Positions 43,201 to 64,000 of a stretch of DNA of 64,000 nucleotides are shown here, one piece after another (within the stretch, counting starts at the first letter, position 1; the number at the start of each line of letters is the position of its first letter). Under the pieces are notes generated by a model. The model saw only the letters and a list, made by a program, of their open reading frames with translations, did not search any database and was not told the DNA's origin. The stretch is from Asterias rubens (lineage: Eukaryota), in the NCBI RefSeq assembly GCF_902459465.1, contig NW_022985693.1, positions 1,240,001 through 1,304,000 of the forward strand, written 5' to 3'. Made by a program: the position numbers and the translations under genes.

Positions 43201-46200
43201 TATACATGATAGTTTGATCAGAGAACAGAGCGATTAGGAAACGCCTTTAGAACTGTATTCAGCACGATTCGGCTAAGCATTAAATAAGTAAGAATACCAT
43301 GTCAGCTTGATTTCGTTTCACCTGTGTCTTTGAGACTCAGTTGTACATGATAGTTTGATCAGAGAACAGAGCGATTAGGAAATCCCTTTAGGTCTGTAGT
43401 CAGCATGATTCGGCTAAGCATTAAATAAATAAGAATACCATGCTAGCTTGATTTCACCTGTGTCTTTAAGACTTGGGTATACATGATAGTTTGATCAGAG
43501 AACAGAGCGATTAGGAAATCCCTTTAGGTCTGTAGTCAGCACGATTCGGCTAAGCATTAAATAAGTAAGAATACCATGCTAGCTTGATTTCACCTGTGTC
43601 TTTGAGACTCAGTTGTACATGATAGTTTGATCAGGGAACAGAGCGATTAGGAAACCCCTACAGGACTGTTGTCAGCATTATTCGGCTAAGCATTAAATAA
43701 ATAAGAATACCATGCTAGCTTGATTTCACCTGTGTTTTTAAGACTCGGGTATACATGATAGTTTGATCAGGAAACAGAGCAATTAGGAAACCCCTTTAGG
43801 TCTGTAGTCAGCATGATTCGGCTAAGCATTAAATAAATAAGAATACCATGCTAGCTTGATTTCACCTGTGTCTTTGAGACTCAGTTGTACATGATAGTTT
43901 GATCAGAGAACAGAGCGATTAGGAAATCCCTTTAGGTCTGTAGTCAGCATGATTCGGCTAAGCATTAAATAAATAAGAATACCATGCTAGCTTGATTTCA
44001 CCTGTGTCTTTAAGACTCGGGTATACATGATAGTTTGATCAGGAAACAGAGCGATTAGGAAACGCCTTTAGAACTGTAGTCAGCATGATTCGGCTAAGCA
44101 TTAAATAAGTAAGAATACCATGCTAGCTTGATTTCACCTGTGTCTTTGAGACTCAGTTGTACATGATAGTTTGATCAGGGAACAGAGCGATTAGGAAACC
44201 CCTACAGGACTGTAGTCAGCATTATTCGGCTAAGCATTAAATAAATAAGAATACCATGCTAGCTTGATTTCACCTGTGTCTTTAAGACTCGGGTATACAT
44301 TATAGTTTGATCAGAGAACAGAGCGATTAGGAAATCCCTTTAGGTCTGTAGTCAGCATGATTCGGCTAAGCATTAAATAAATAAGAATACCATGCTAGCT
44401 TGATTTCACCTGTGTCTTTAAGACTCGGGTATACATGATAGTTTGATCAGAGAACAGAGCGATTAGGAAACGCCTTTAGACCCTGTATTCAGCACGATTC
44501 GGCTAAGCATTAAATAAGTAAGAATACCATGCTAGCTTGATTTCACCAGTGTCTTTGAGACTCGGGTATACATGATAGTTTGATCAGGAAACAGAGCGAT
44601 TAGGAAACCCCTTTAGGTCTGTAGTCAGCATGATTCGGCTAAGCATTAAATAAATAAGAATACCATGCTAGCTTGATTTCACCTGTGTCTTTGAGACTCA
44701 GGTATACATGATAGTTTGATCAGGAAACAGAGCGATTAGGAAACCCCTTTAGGTCTGTAGTCAGCACTGGTTAAGCATTAAATAAATAAGAATACCATGC
44801 TAGCTTGATTTCACCAGTGTCTTTGAGACTCAGATGTACATGATAGTTTGATCAGAGAACAGAGCGATTAGGAAACGCCTTTAGGACTGAAGCCAGCATG
44901 ATTCGGCTAAGCATTAAATAAGTAAGAATACCATGCTAGCTTGATTTCACCTGTGTCTTTGAGACTCAGTTGTACATGATAATTTGATCAGGAAACAGAG
45001 CGATTAGGAAACCCCTTTAGGTCTGTAGTCAGCATGATTCGGCTAAGCATTAAATAAATAAGAATACCATGCTAGCTTGATTTCACCTGTGTCTTTAAGA
45101 CTCGGGTATACATTATAGTTTGATCAGAGAACAGAGCGATTAGGAAACGCCTTTAGGACTGAAGCCAGCATGATTCGGCTAAGCATTAAATAAGTAAGAA
45201 TACCATGCTAGCTTGATTTCACCTGTGTCTTTGAGACTCAGGTATACATGATAGTATGATCAGAGAACAGAGCGATTAGGAAACCCCTTTAGAACTGTAT
45301 TCAGCACGATTTGGCTAAGCATTACTCAATACGAATTGCATGCTAGCTTGATTTCACCTGTGTCTTTAAGACTCGGATATACGTAGATCGGAGTTCAGCC
45401 AGGTTAGTGCTTAAGTTTAACCAACGAAGACGTAGATGATAGCATGCTCTTGTGATTAGATGCACGTACTAGCTTTCAAGGATTAGCCAGTGATTGCATG
45501 TCAACCAAGCAGGATAGAGGGAGAATAAATGTAGGTATGATATTAAATTGAAAGAAAACAGTTTTTAGTTTTAAGAGCAGTTAGTAGTTGTTCCTAGTAG
45601 AATATAATTACTCTTCAAGTGTACATGATGTGAGCTTGATAAAAGATGTTTATGACTAGGCTGGTACAATGTTTCAGTTAAATCAAATTTGACTAACTAT
45701 GGTATTTGATTGTGGTATTATAAAGACACTTCTTATGAGAGCTATTGATCTGCAATGTGTCACTCGTCTTTACTACATACTTGCATGTCATTCGCTGCTT
45801 AGGGTTATCTTTATGAAGGGAATTTATTATCAGAATGTTTGTACACTTAAAAACAACACTTTTTTCTACTTTTTCTTCCAATCATTATTTTTTCAATAAT
45901 GTTTCTTATCATATTTCTTTTAGCTTTTGAGTTGACCAAGAATAGTACAGGTGTTTTGTATTATTGTTTTTGATAGGAAGCGACCAAACCCATCGCATGT
46001 GAAACAAACTCTGATTGTCATGAATCTGCCATGTGCCTACCAGCTGCAGATACAATCTGTGTAGTAGAACCCTGTGAAGGATTCTTCTGTGATAGAGGAA
46101 CCATTTTTACAGACTGTGATGAAAATCCTCTATGTGCTGAAATTGCTGTCTCTGCCAATCCTGCTTCAATGCCACAAGTATGTCCACATTTAGTACTTAC

Positions 46201-48291
46201 TAAATCTCTATTTCAAATCAACTCTTTAAAGGCACTGGACACATTTGTTATCTTAAAACTTTGATGACCAATGAGCTTAACAAATTTAAGACGGGCTCCA
46301 CAGCAGACACTCTGGTTGACGAGGCGGCGGCCCGCTCGTCCATCCCTCCAAAGAAACAGCCGGCAAAATCTTCAATGGTGTTGCGCAGTCATAGTCGTCA
46401 AGGCGCCAGTGGCGTACGACGTTGATTGATTGAGCTTAAATATTTACAGATTTGTTATTTTATGTATATGTTGGGTTACACCAAGTGAGACTACTGGTCT
46501 TTGATAATTACCAAACATGTTCAGTGCCTTTAATCCTTATAAGCAAACTGAAGCTGCATGTGGTTTTGGTTGTAAGATTACTCTGATGAGAATAGCCAAG
46601 AAGTGTACTGTTAATTACCTCTAAAAGCTGACATTGTTTTTACAGGGTACCACGGTAACAGAGCTATGTGACAACCTATTGAATAATCTCAATATGGCAA
46701 CTGAAGGATGCGTCACATTTGAATGTGCTTTGAGTAACAGCAATGGCCGTAAGAAAAGGGCAGCATCTGAGGATATTGTTGTAGATCTATTCTTGGTAAG
46801 GCATGTGTGTGTATGTGTGTGTGTTTGAGTGGTCCTCCCAACTAGGCAATAACAGTGTGAGGAGACAGTCACTGTATGGTCATAACCGGGTTGGTGGCTG
46901 GCGGCTGTTTATGGACAGAGCCGAACGTGAGGTCCACTAACCAAGGCAATTACCATGCAGTGAGGCCCGCTCATTGCACTGTTAGTGCTATTTAAAAAAA
47001 TACCTTTAAAAAAAAAACAGTAGTAAACTTTGATTTTTTTTTTTTTTTCCACATATTTTTGTATTTGTTTCGATCGTGTTGAAGGGCCATTATTCTTGCT
47101 GTTTAATTGTTGCAAGGGACAACATCTCTTAAACACATTTAGCTGTTAATGCATGTTTGCGAGAAAAGGACTAGGAGCATTGGAAGTTACACACAATAAA
47201 TAAAAATACTTTAGTTGGTTTTTGACTCTGTACTATACAATAAAAGTTTAAAAAACTAAGAAAGCAGTTGATTAAAATAATTCTGAACCAGCACAGTTTA
47301 TATAGAACTTGTACAAACTTTTAAGGTTGAATAAAACTCTATACATACAAACAAAAAACAAAAAAACAAACAAACGGATCATAGGGATCTGACGATGTCT
47401 TGATCTATATATGTTGAACTTCTAGAGTTTTGTTTCTGTGAATTAATTTTGAAACAGGAAATTGATTCAAGTTCTGATGGTGCAACACCAACCTCTGCCC
47501 CTGGTGATCTTCAACCTGTTGATGTTATAGCTCTATCACTGGTGGAGGAACTCAAGCTACATATATCAGATGGCTCATTGTCTGTCAACATCACTGATAT
47601 TATGTACACGGGTCCTAAAGCAAACACACAGGCTCCACCCACAACCACCGACAAATCAGTCAAGAAAGAAAAAGTAGAGAGTAAGTATAGTTTCTTATTT
47701 TAAAACTTCCTCAAACTTCATTTGCAAATCACAAATTAAAGATCACTGATATTTTCAAACCTTGAGTGAAACGAATTCTAACCTTAAATGCTGAATGATT
47801 TACTCTTAATGAAGTTTGATATGCTTTAATTTTTTTTTTTTAATTTGTATTTTATTACATTAACTGTATGAAATGCTATATTTAGTTTGTGGTACACCAT
47901 GTGTATACCTTGATACCTCATCATGCAATGCCTCAGTATAAAATTCTCTTTGAAATACTTAATTTAAAAGTTTGTTGTTGATTGCATTTTTTGAGCAGCT
48001 GTTGATTCCACGATGCCAATCTCCTCCATCATGATCATCGCAGCAGGTTGCTCTGCCTTCACAATCTTTGTTGTCATTGTCATGATCACAACATGGTGTC
48101 GTTTCCACAGACATCGCACCGCCAAGAAAACCATGACATTTGAGCATCCTTCAGAGGAAGCTCATACCAATGAGTTGTTTGAGATGTCTCCTTCTTTTCA
48201 ACAACGACCCTTTGCTCGTGCTGTTCCATTAAATGATGGCACTGGCTTTGATGGCAATGTGTATGGATTAAAGTATGATACGGAATCTTAG
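332..48291 (+). CDS. 5'-partial multi-exon gene for a large VWD/C8/TIL/EGF repeat type I membrane protein (zonadhesin / alpha-tectorin / IgGFc-binding protein-like) with CTLD, CUB, VWC-like, furin site and TM
   Basis: 50 AG/GT-bounded exons with consistent phases, spliced by hand: 332-503, 1100-1216, 2142-2347, 2850-2957, 3282-3422, 3814-3961, 4764-5060, 5420-5572, 5764-5943, 8525-8724, 9042-9213, 9934-10047, 10500-10717, 10879-10986, 11314-11478, 13581-13761, 14698-14871, 15728-15945, 16382-16553, 17125-17259, 17749-17966, 18466-18570, 19167-19328, 19687-19834, 20344-20520, 20899-21107, 22005-22179, 22764-22877, 23619-23821, 24148-24252, 25590-25748, 26116-26251, 26637-26819, 28747-28973, 29687-29861, 30180-30293, 30878-31068, 31542-31646, 32689-32844, 33074-33224, 33482-33658, 33906-34117, 34710-34893, 35355-35477, 36099-36476, 36880-37007, 45977-46177, 46646-46795, 47458-47680, 47999-48291 (TAG). 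Total 8661 nt. Motifs include TFDG, WDG, CGLCGNF, C8/TIL cysteine spacing and EGF CxNGGxC. Confidence 0.93.
1393..1660 (-). mobile_element. Decayed 3' end of a non-LTR retrotransposon (I/Ingi-like ORF2 C-terminus)
   Basis: Minus strand reads WRTWKSLNRLCTEVGQCKTNMKK*EY...KCDCG...SMPHL*CP, a LNRLRTG..KWG..CxCG..H..CP-type motif with two stops, ending in an AAGAAGAAGA tail. Confidence 0.6.
1658..1783. repeat. Imperfect palindrome (hairpin), MITE-like
   Basis: Arms of about 50 bp, ACAATTGTTGCAC...GGTCCATGG.GTTTTGTACAC and its reverse complement, around a loop of about 23 nt. Confidence 0.75.
2142..10047 (+). CDS. VWD-C8-TIL-EGF unit 1, interrupted by a CTLD
   Basis: YRTFDGKTYTFYGGCSYVL, VWDGKFFVDI, TCGLCGNFNEDPEDDF, AFEACHEVLPP (C8), ECPEHSFYSQCVSLCQPTC (TIL), ACTDNPCEHGGQC (EGF). 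Confidence 0.92.
4764..5572 (+). CDS. C-type lectin domain, two phase-1 exons (4764-5060, 5420-5572)
   Basis: ACPSGWI...KCYYI...TFASAQLECRKLGGELLDVESEGEDSFI...YWV...WVEGEPNN...DCIKV...WQDVSC...ICQ matches the canonical CTLD pattern with EPN. Confidence 0.92.
5981..8139. mobile_element. Non-autonomous DNA transposon, 15-bp perfect TIR, TAA TSD (PIF/Harbinger-like)
   Basis: TIR TGCACGTATCAATTG (5981-5995) / CAATTGATACGTGCA (8125-8139). TAA at 5978-5980 and 8140-8142. The uninterrupted target sequence is present in the adjacent duplicate near 8245-8262. Confidence 0.88.
6060..7490. repeat. 54-bp GC-rich minisatellite, about 26 copies
   Basis: Unit GGGACAGTAGCGGGGTCTTTGGCGAGGCTGTATAATTTGTTTCCCCGCCCTACC; appears as an 18-aa period in the ORF track. 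Confidence 0.97.
10500..17259 (+). CDS. VWD-C8-TIL-EGF unit 2 (8 exons, divergent VWD)
   Basis: WCKTSGAHVIRTF, INWNGYTDI, VCGICGRYDD, TCIFDKC, VPCPGNSTYNFCMSPCVPTC, VDPCNSNPCLNDGEC. Confidence 0.9.
12089..12819. mobile_element. Harbinger-type MITE with CAG TSD
   Basis: TIR (G/C)CCCCGATTTCA(C/T)GAA at both ends; CAG at 12086-12088 and 12820-12822; many short CGAC/GTCG palindromes in the subterminal regions. Confidence 0.8.
13795..14157 (-). mobile_element. tRNA-derived SINE, degenerate copy
   Basis: Colinear with the 49718-50117 copy. Shorter fragments lie near 2570-2690, 12880-13045 and 24350-24530. Confidence 0.75.
15285..15648. mobile_element. TTAA-flanked MITE family B (Kolobok-like AG...CT termini)
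   Basis: TTAA|AGCCATTATACACTTTCGG...CGAAAGGGTCCAATGGCT|TTAA; homologues at 54568-54931 and 56644-56994. Confidence 0.85.
17749..22877 (+). CDS. VWD-C8-TIL-EGF unit 3 (8 exons)
   Basis: IFDKAIYNFFGTCWY, IRWDGDSDL, LCGLCGNVDGD, VEFGNSW, GPFADCIKHISPDGFFSDCVYDVC, NPCARSPCMNGGEC. Confidence 0.92.
21250..21626. mobile_element. TTAA-flanked MITE family A (Kolobok-like)
   Basis: Perfect TIR AGGCAGTGGACACTATTGGTAATT, flanked by TTAA at 21246-21249 and 21627-21630. An inverted copy lies at 56261-56639; decayed relatives lie near 11505-11830, 24560-24900, 29130-29470 and 46226-46533. Confidence 0.9.
23619..30293 (+). CDS. VWD-C8-TIL-EGF unit 4 (8 exons)
   Basis: GGVHYKTFDGLTYDYMGYC, IRWDGVQQV, LCGLCGTFDGNADNDF, LDFGNSW, PELYYDRCEYDLC, ECPSHSTYSSC, SPCMEETCQNGGTC. 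Confidence 0.92.
23966..24051. mobile_element. Short Harbinger-type MITE (GGCCCAATTTCAT...ATGAAATTGGGCC)
   Basis: Inverted termini. Partial relatives lie near 5085-5350, 20634-20815 and 63318-63390. Confidence 0.65.
27247..28662. mobile_element. Unclassified non-coding element of about 1.4 kb with imperfect TIRs (TGTGAC...GTCACA) and a nested MITE
   Basis: Left TGTGACTTGCTCTATCTAATTGAGGAA versus reverse complement of the right end TGTGACCCGTTCTAACGAAATGAGGAA. No clear TSD. Confidence 0.5.
27766..27911. mobile_element. 146-bp Harbinger-type MITE with CAG TSD
   Basis: Perfect TIR GGGCCGATTTCACAAAG; CAG at 27763-27765 and 27912-27914. Confidence 0.88.
30878..35477 (+). CDS. VWD-C8-TIL-EGF unit 5 (8 exons, GDPH-containing)
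   Basis: [52 protein letters not shown]...FYTACRYDVC, TCPENAVYSQCADPCPKSC, ECANSPCADGADC. Confidence 0.92.
36099..36476 (+). CDS. CUB domain exon (phase 1-1)
   Basis: GLWNSPGYPNNYPN...YINITFSESFSIE..RDALYVG...WLYFFTDDTTSVNGWQAAW is the CUB signature. Confidence 0.9.
36880..47680 (+). CDS. Juxtamembrane exons: VWC-like Cys-rich segment, furin motif RKKR (46748-46759) and Ser/Thr/Pro-rich stalk
   Basis: Exons 36880-37007 (CWDG...WEYGKCDQCICDQGTITC), 45977-46177, 46646-46795 (NGRKKRAASED) and 47458-47680; phases are consistent. Confidence 0.82.
37518..45376. repeat. Intronic satellite, 136-bp monomer, about 57 copies, with higher-order repeats
   Basis: The monomer ATACCATGCTAGCTTGATTTCACCTGTGTCTTTAAGACTCGGG...CATTAAATAAATAAGA recurs every 136 bp (for example 37921 and 38057). 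Diagnostic variants recur at 2196-bp and 696-bp spacing. Confidence 0.98.
47999..48291 (+). CDS. Terminal exon: transmembrane helix plus cytoplasmic tail of about 60 aa
   Basis: ISSIMIIAAGCSAFTIFVVIVMITTWC is followed by the basic stop-transfer segment RFHRHR; stop TAG at 48289-48291. Confidence 0.9.
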
Positions 48292-49717
48292 TTCAATAAT
48301 AAGCAAGTTGTGTATCTCTGAGTGTTAGACACATCATATCATTTATACAAGTGTCTGTCACATTATTTTTCAGTATAGTTATAACTTCCCGAATTACAGT
48401 ATGGAATTAAAAGGGATTTTTAATATTTACAATCTTACTGAGTTCAAACTATATAAACAATTAATTACCAGTCAGTTTCCCTTTTGGTTTGATATCTGAA
48501 AAGAAAAGTGATATCCCCTTAAGGTGATCCCTTTGCTACCGCTTCCCAGGTTGTACCGTAAACGTGGTTTGATCCCTGGCTTCATGGCAAATAACGGTTG
48601 TATGGCTTCTGACTGGCATCCATAAACAAAGATATTCTTTGGAATTTAATTAACAGCTCGGTTGGTAGAGTGCCGGCACATTAATCCGGAGGTTGTTGGT
48701 TCGAATCCTGTACAAGTCAATTTTTCTTTGTTGAACCGAAAATTAAACCAACATAAATTAATAACCAACATAAATTAATAAAACCAAATACTCAACTTGC
48801 TTATGAACAACATTTTATTATGTTATGTTTGTAGGATTGTCAACCCAAGTTGTTTATTGTTTATATTTCTTAGTACATCACCAGTTTCCAACAAACAATG
48901 CCTTTTCAGAGATTTATGTCTGGTAATTAAGAACAAACGTTTTATTTAGTGTAGCTCATGTTATTAATATGTACTCGTTTATCTTCCAAAACAAAATTTC
49001 ACACATTCATCTTCACTATCACAGCATGGAGTTCTAGTTTCCCTAATTGGTAGAAATTGGATTTCTTTGAGGGTTAGATGTCGTCATGCTGTTTTTAGAA
49101 AGTTCTCAATTAAATGATTTAAATTCATATTATTTGTAAGAAATTGAAATCTATATCAATATGTTTTTTAATTGTTAATTTAAACAAGTAGGAAATTAAA
49201 AATGATATCAAAATTTTTACTTGTATTTGGTGTGGGATTAATTAATAATTTATGGATAGAATTACAGGAATCAACAATAAATAATTGTTTAGTGGGATAA
49301 GTAATTGACCGAAAAAATTATCATGGTTAAACTGCAGTGTTTTACTTATTCACTTCAAGTTAATTTTTTTTACACGAGGTAGTTTAATGGTAAATTTTAT
49401 TCTTGTCAAGATGTTTAAGTAGTTAATACTGTGGATCAATCACTTTAAAAAAAAAATTGTTTTTGTGAATTTAAATTTGTAAAGCTGTTTCTGTTTTCGA
49501 TAATAAGTTAGCTTGAGTAAATTAGCTTGCATTAACCATCAATTAGACCCGTATATTGTGATGTGGCATAAATATGCATCACTTCTTTGTCCTTTGTTTA
49601 AAAGTTGGTATTTTTGGCAAATCTGTTTCTTTTATGTGAGTGTTTTTACTGTGTCTGCATTCTTCTGTCCAAAGTTTTGGTAAAAATTACCCAGATCCTA
49701 ACCAAACAACCCCGAAC

Positions 49718-50117
49718 TATAATAATAATAATAATATCGAAGTCTTATACAGCGCACGTATCTACCAAACAAGGTACTCAAGGCGCTGAGTATATACAAA
49801 CTTTCAGACAGATAGGTTATTGCAGTGATGCATTCTGAGACCCAATTATTTAGCACCTTATAAGGGTTTACAAGGTGCTACGGCGCATTAAGCAGCCACA
49901 ACCAGGAACACCAGGGCGAACCCCTTCTCTTTTCGATAAGTGCACTGGGTTCTTTTACATGCAGTACACAACACATGGGACCAACGGCTTTACGTCCCAT
50001 CCGAAGGACGAAGCAATGGTTAAGTGTCTTGCTCAAGGACACAGTGTCACGGCTGGGGATTCGAACCCACACTCTGCTGATCAGAAACACCAGAGTTTAA
50101 CCGCTCGGCCACGACAC
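49718..50117 (-). mobile_element. Near full-length tRNA-derived SINE with L2-like 3' stem-loop and (TTA)n tail
   Basis: Minus strand: A-box GTGGCCGAGCGGTTAA, B-box GGTTCGAATCC, core GACACTGTGTCCTTGAGCAAGACACTTAACC, and 3' end GCGCCTTGAGTACC...GTGCGCTGTATAAGACTTCGATATTATTATT. Confidence 0.85.
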
Positions 50118-50532
50118 TATCCACCTCCTCAACATAAACTTTCCCTATCCCAAAGCCTGCCCCGATTTTAACACAACTCGCCCCCCAAAAATCAAATTAT
50201 GTATAAATAGCACACTGCATCATGGCATAATGTTTGCGTAAAATACCCGGCTGTCATTGAGTCCATGCAGCCCATAAGTTCAAACTGCATGCAAACTTTA
50301 AAACAAATAAATGGCATCAGTGGGACAGGGGAAGTCTTTTAAAATGACGGTCCAAAATCATTTGGCTATTTTTCCAGGTTTGTTTATTATTGTTTATTAT
50401 TATCCCATGGTCCCCCAACCCCTAGTTATATTAGCCAGCCTGATACCAAAATGCATTTTTATTGCCCTAAGTATTAATTTATAATTAAGAAAAAATATAT
50501 TTCTTAACTTTTGAATTGTTTAGACCAACTTT

Positions 50533-50664
50533 GGAAAAGTTTCCACATGGCGCCACCACTTTTTCATTCGATACAGAATAACACAGTATCTTATCCACCT
50601 CAATGAGATATCCCTTTTTGTAAAATTGAGTGAAAAAGTGGTAGCGCCATACGGAAAGTTATCC
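50533..50664. mobile_element. 132-bp MITE with GG termini and 8-bp TSD (Merlin- or hAT-like)
   Basis: Imperfect TIR of about 40 bp, GGAAAAGTTTCCACATGGCGCCACCACTTTTTCA; TSD CCAACTTT at 50525-50532 and 50665-50672. Confidence 0.8.
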
Positions 50665-50896
50665 CCAACTTTTTCCAACAAAAAGATCACCAGTCATAAT
50701 GTGATTGTTGGTAAATAATAGCAGTATGTGTATCTAAATGTGACATTTTTTTTTTTACTCCAACCCCATGTCAATTGTGTTGTCATAATATATAGAACAA
50801 AATTTCAACCTGGACTTTGTGAGTTTAAAATTTACATGTACTAACTACTGCACCTTTAAGGCAATTAGGCAAACTGTTCCTTTAAGGTTATCCAAG

Positions 50897-64000
<13,104 letters not shown>

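Noticed and set aside
37518-45376. Regular array as a possible CRISPR locus
   Set aside because: Whole 136-bp monomers repeat with no unique spacers, there are no cas genes, and the context is a eukaryotic intron.
48280-48291. C-terminal PDZ-binding motif
   Set aside because: The protein ends in DTES, without the terminal hydrophobic residue required.

Overview
Eukaryotic, AT-rich, intron-rich animal DNA. It is probably a marine invertebrate deuterostome such as an echinoderm; this is inferred from gene style and repeat content, not proven. There are two protein-coding genes, both on the + strand. Gene 1 (332-48291, 5' end outside the window) has 50 exons that I could splice in frame by hand, giving about 2,886 aa. 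It is a zonadhesin/alpha-tectorin/FCGBP-like type I membrane protein: five 8-exon VWD-C8-TIL-TILa/EGF-EGF units, a C-type lectin module inserted inside unit 1, then CUB, a VWC-like segment, a furin site (RKKR), a TM helix and a short cytoplasmic tail. Gene 2 (50897 to window end) is the 5' part of a Furry (FRY/FRYL) orthologue, 9 exons. The introns hold a 2.16-kb TIR element carrying a 54-bp minisatellite, a 7.9-kb 136-bp satellite with nested higher-order repeats, TTAA-, CAG- and 8-bp-TSD MITEs, tRNA-derived SINEs and an L2/CR1-type LINE. The most unusual items are: (1) an 887-bp duplication inside the LINE that carries a 36-bp copy of the furry exon 3 end plus splice donor and creates a candidate in-frame 27-nt microexon; (2) the lectin cassette inserted in a VWD-C8 unit; (3) GDPH retained only in the membrane-proximal VWD; (4) the intronic satellite, whose monomers resemble poly(A) sites, upstream of the TM exon. 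There are no prokaryotic features or CRISPR arrays.
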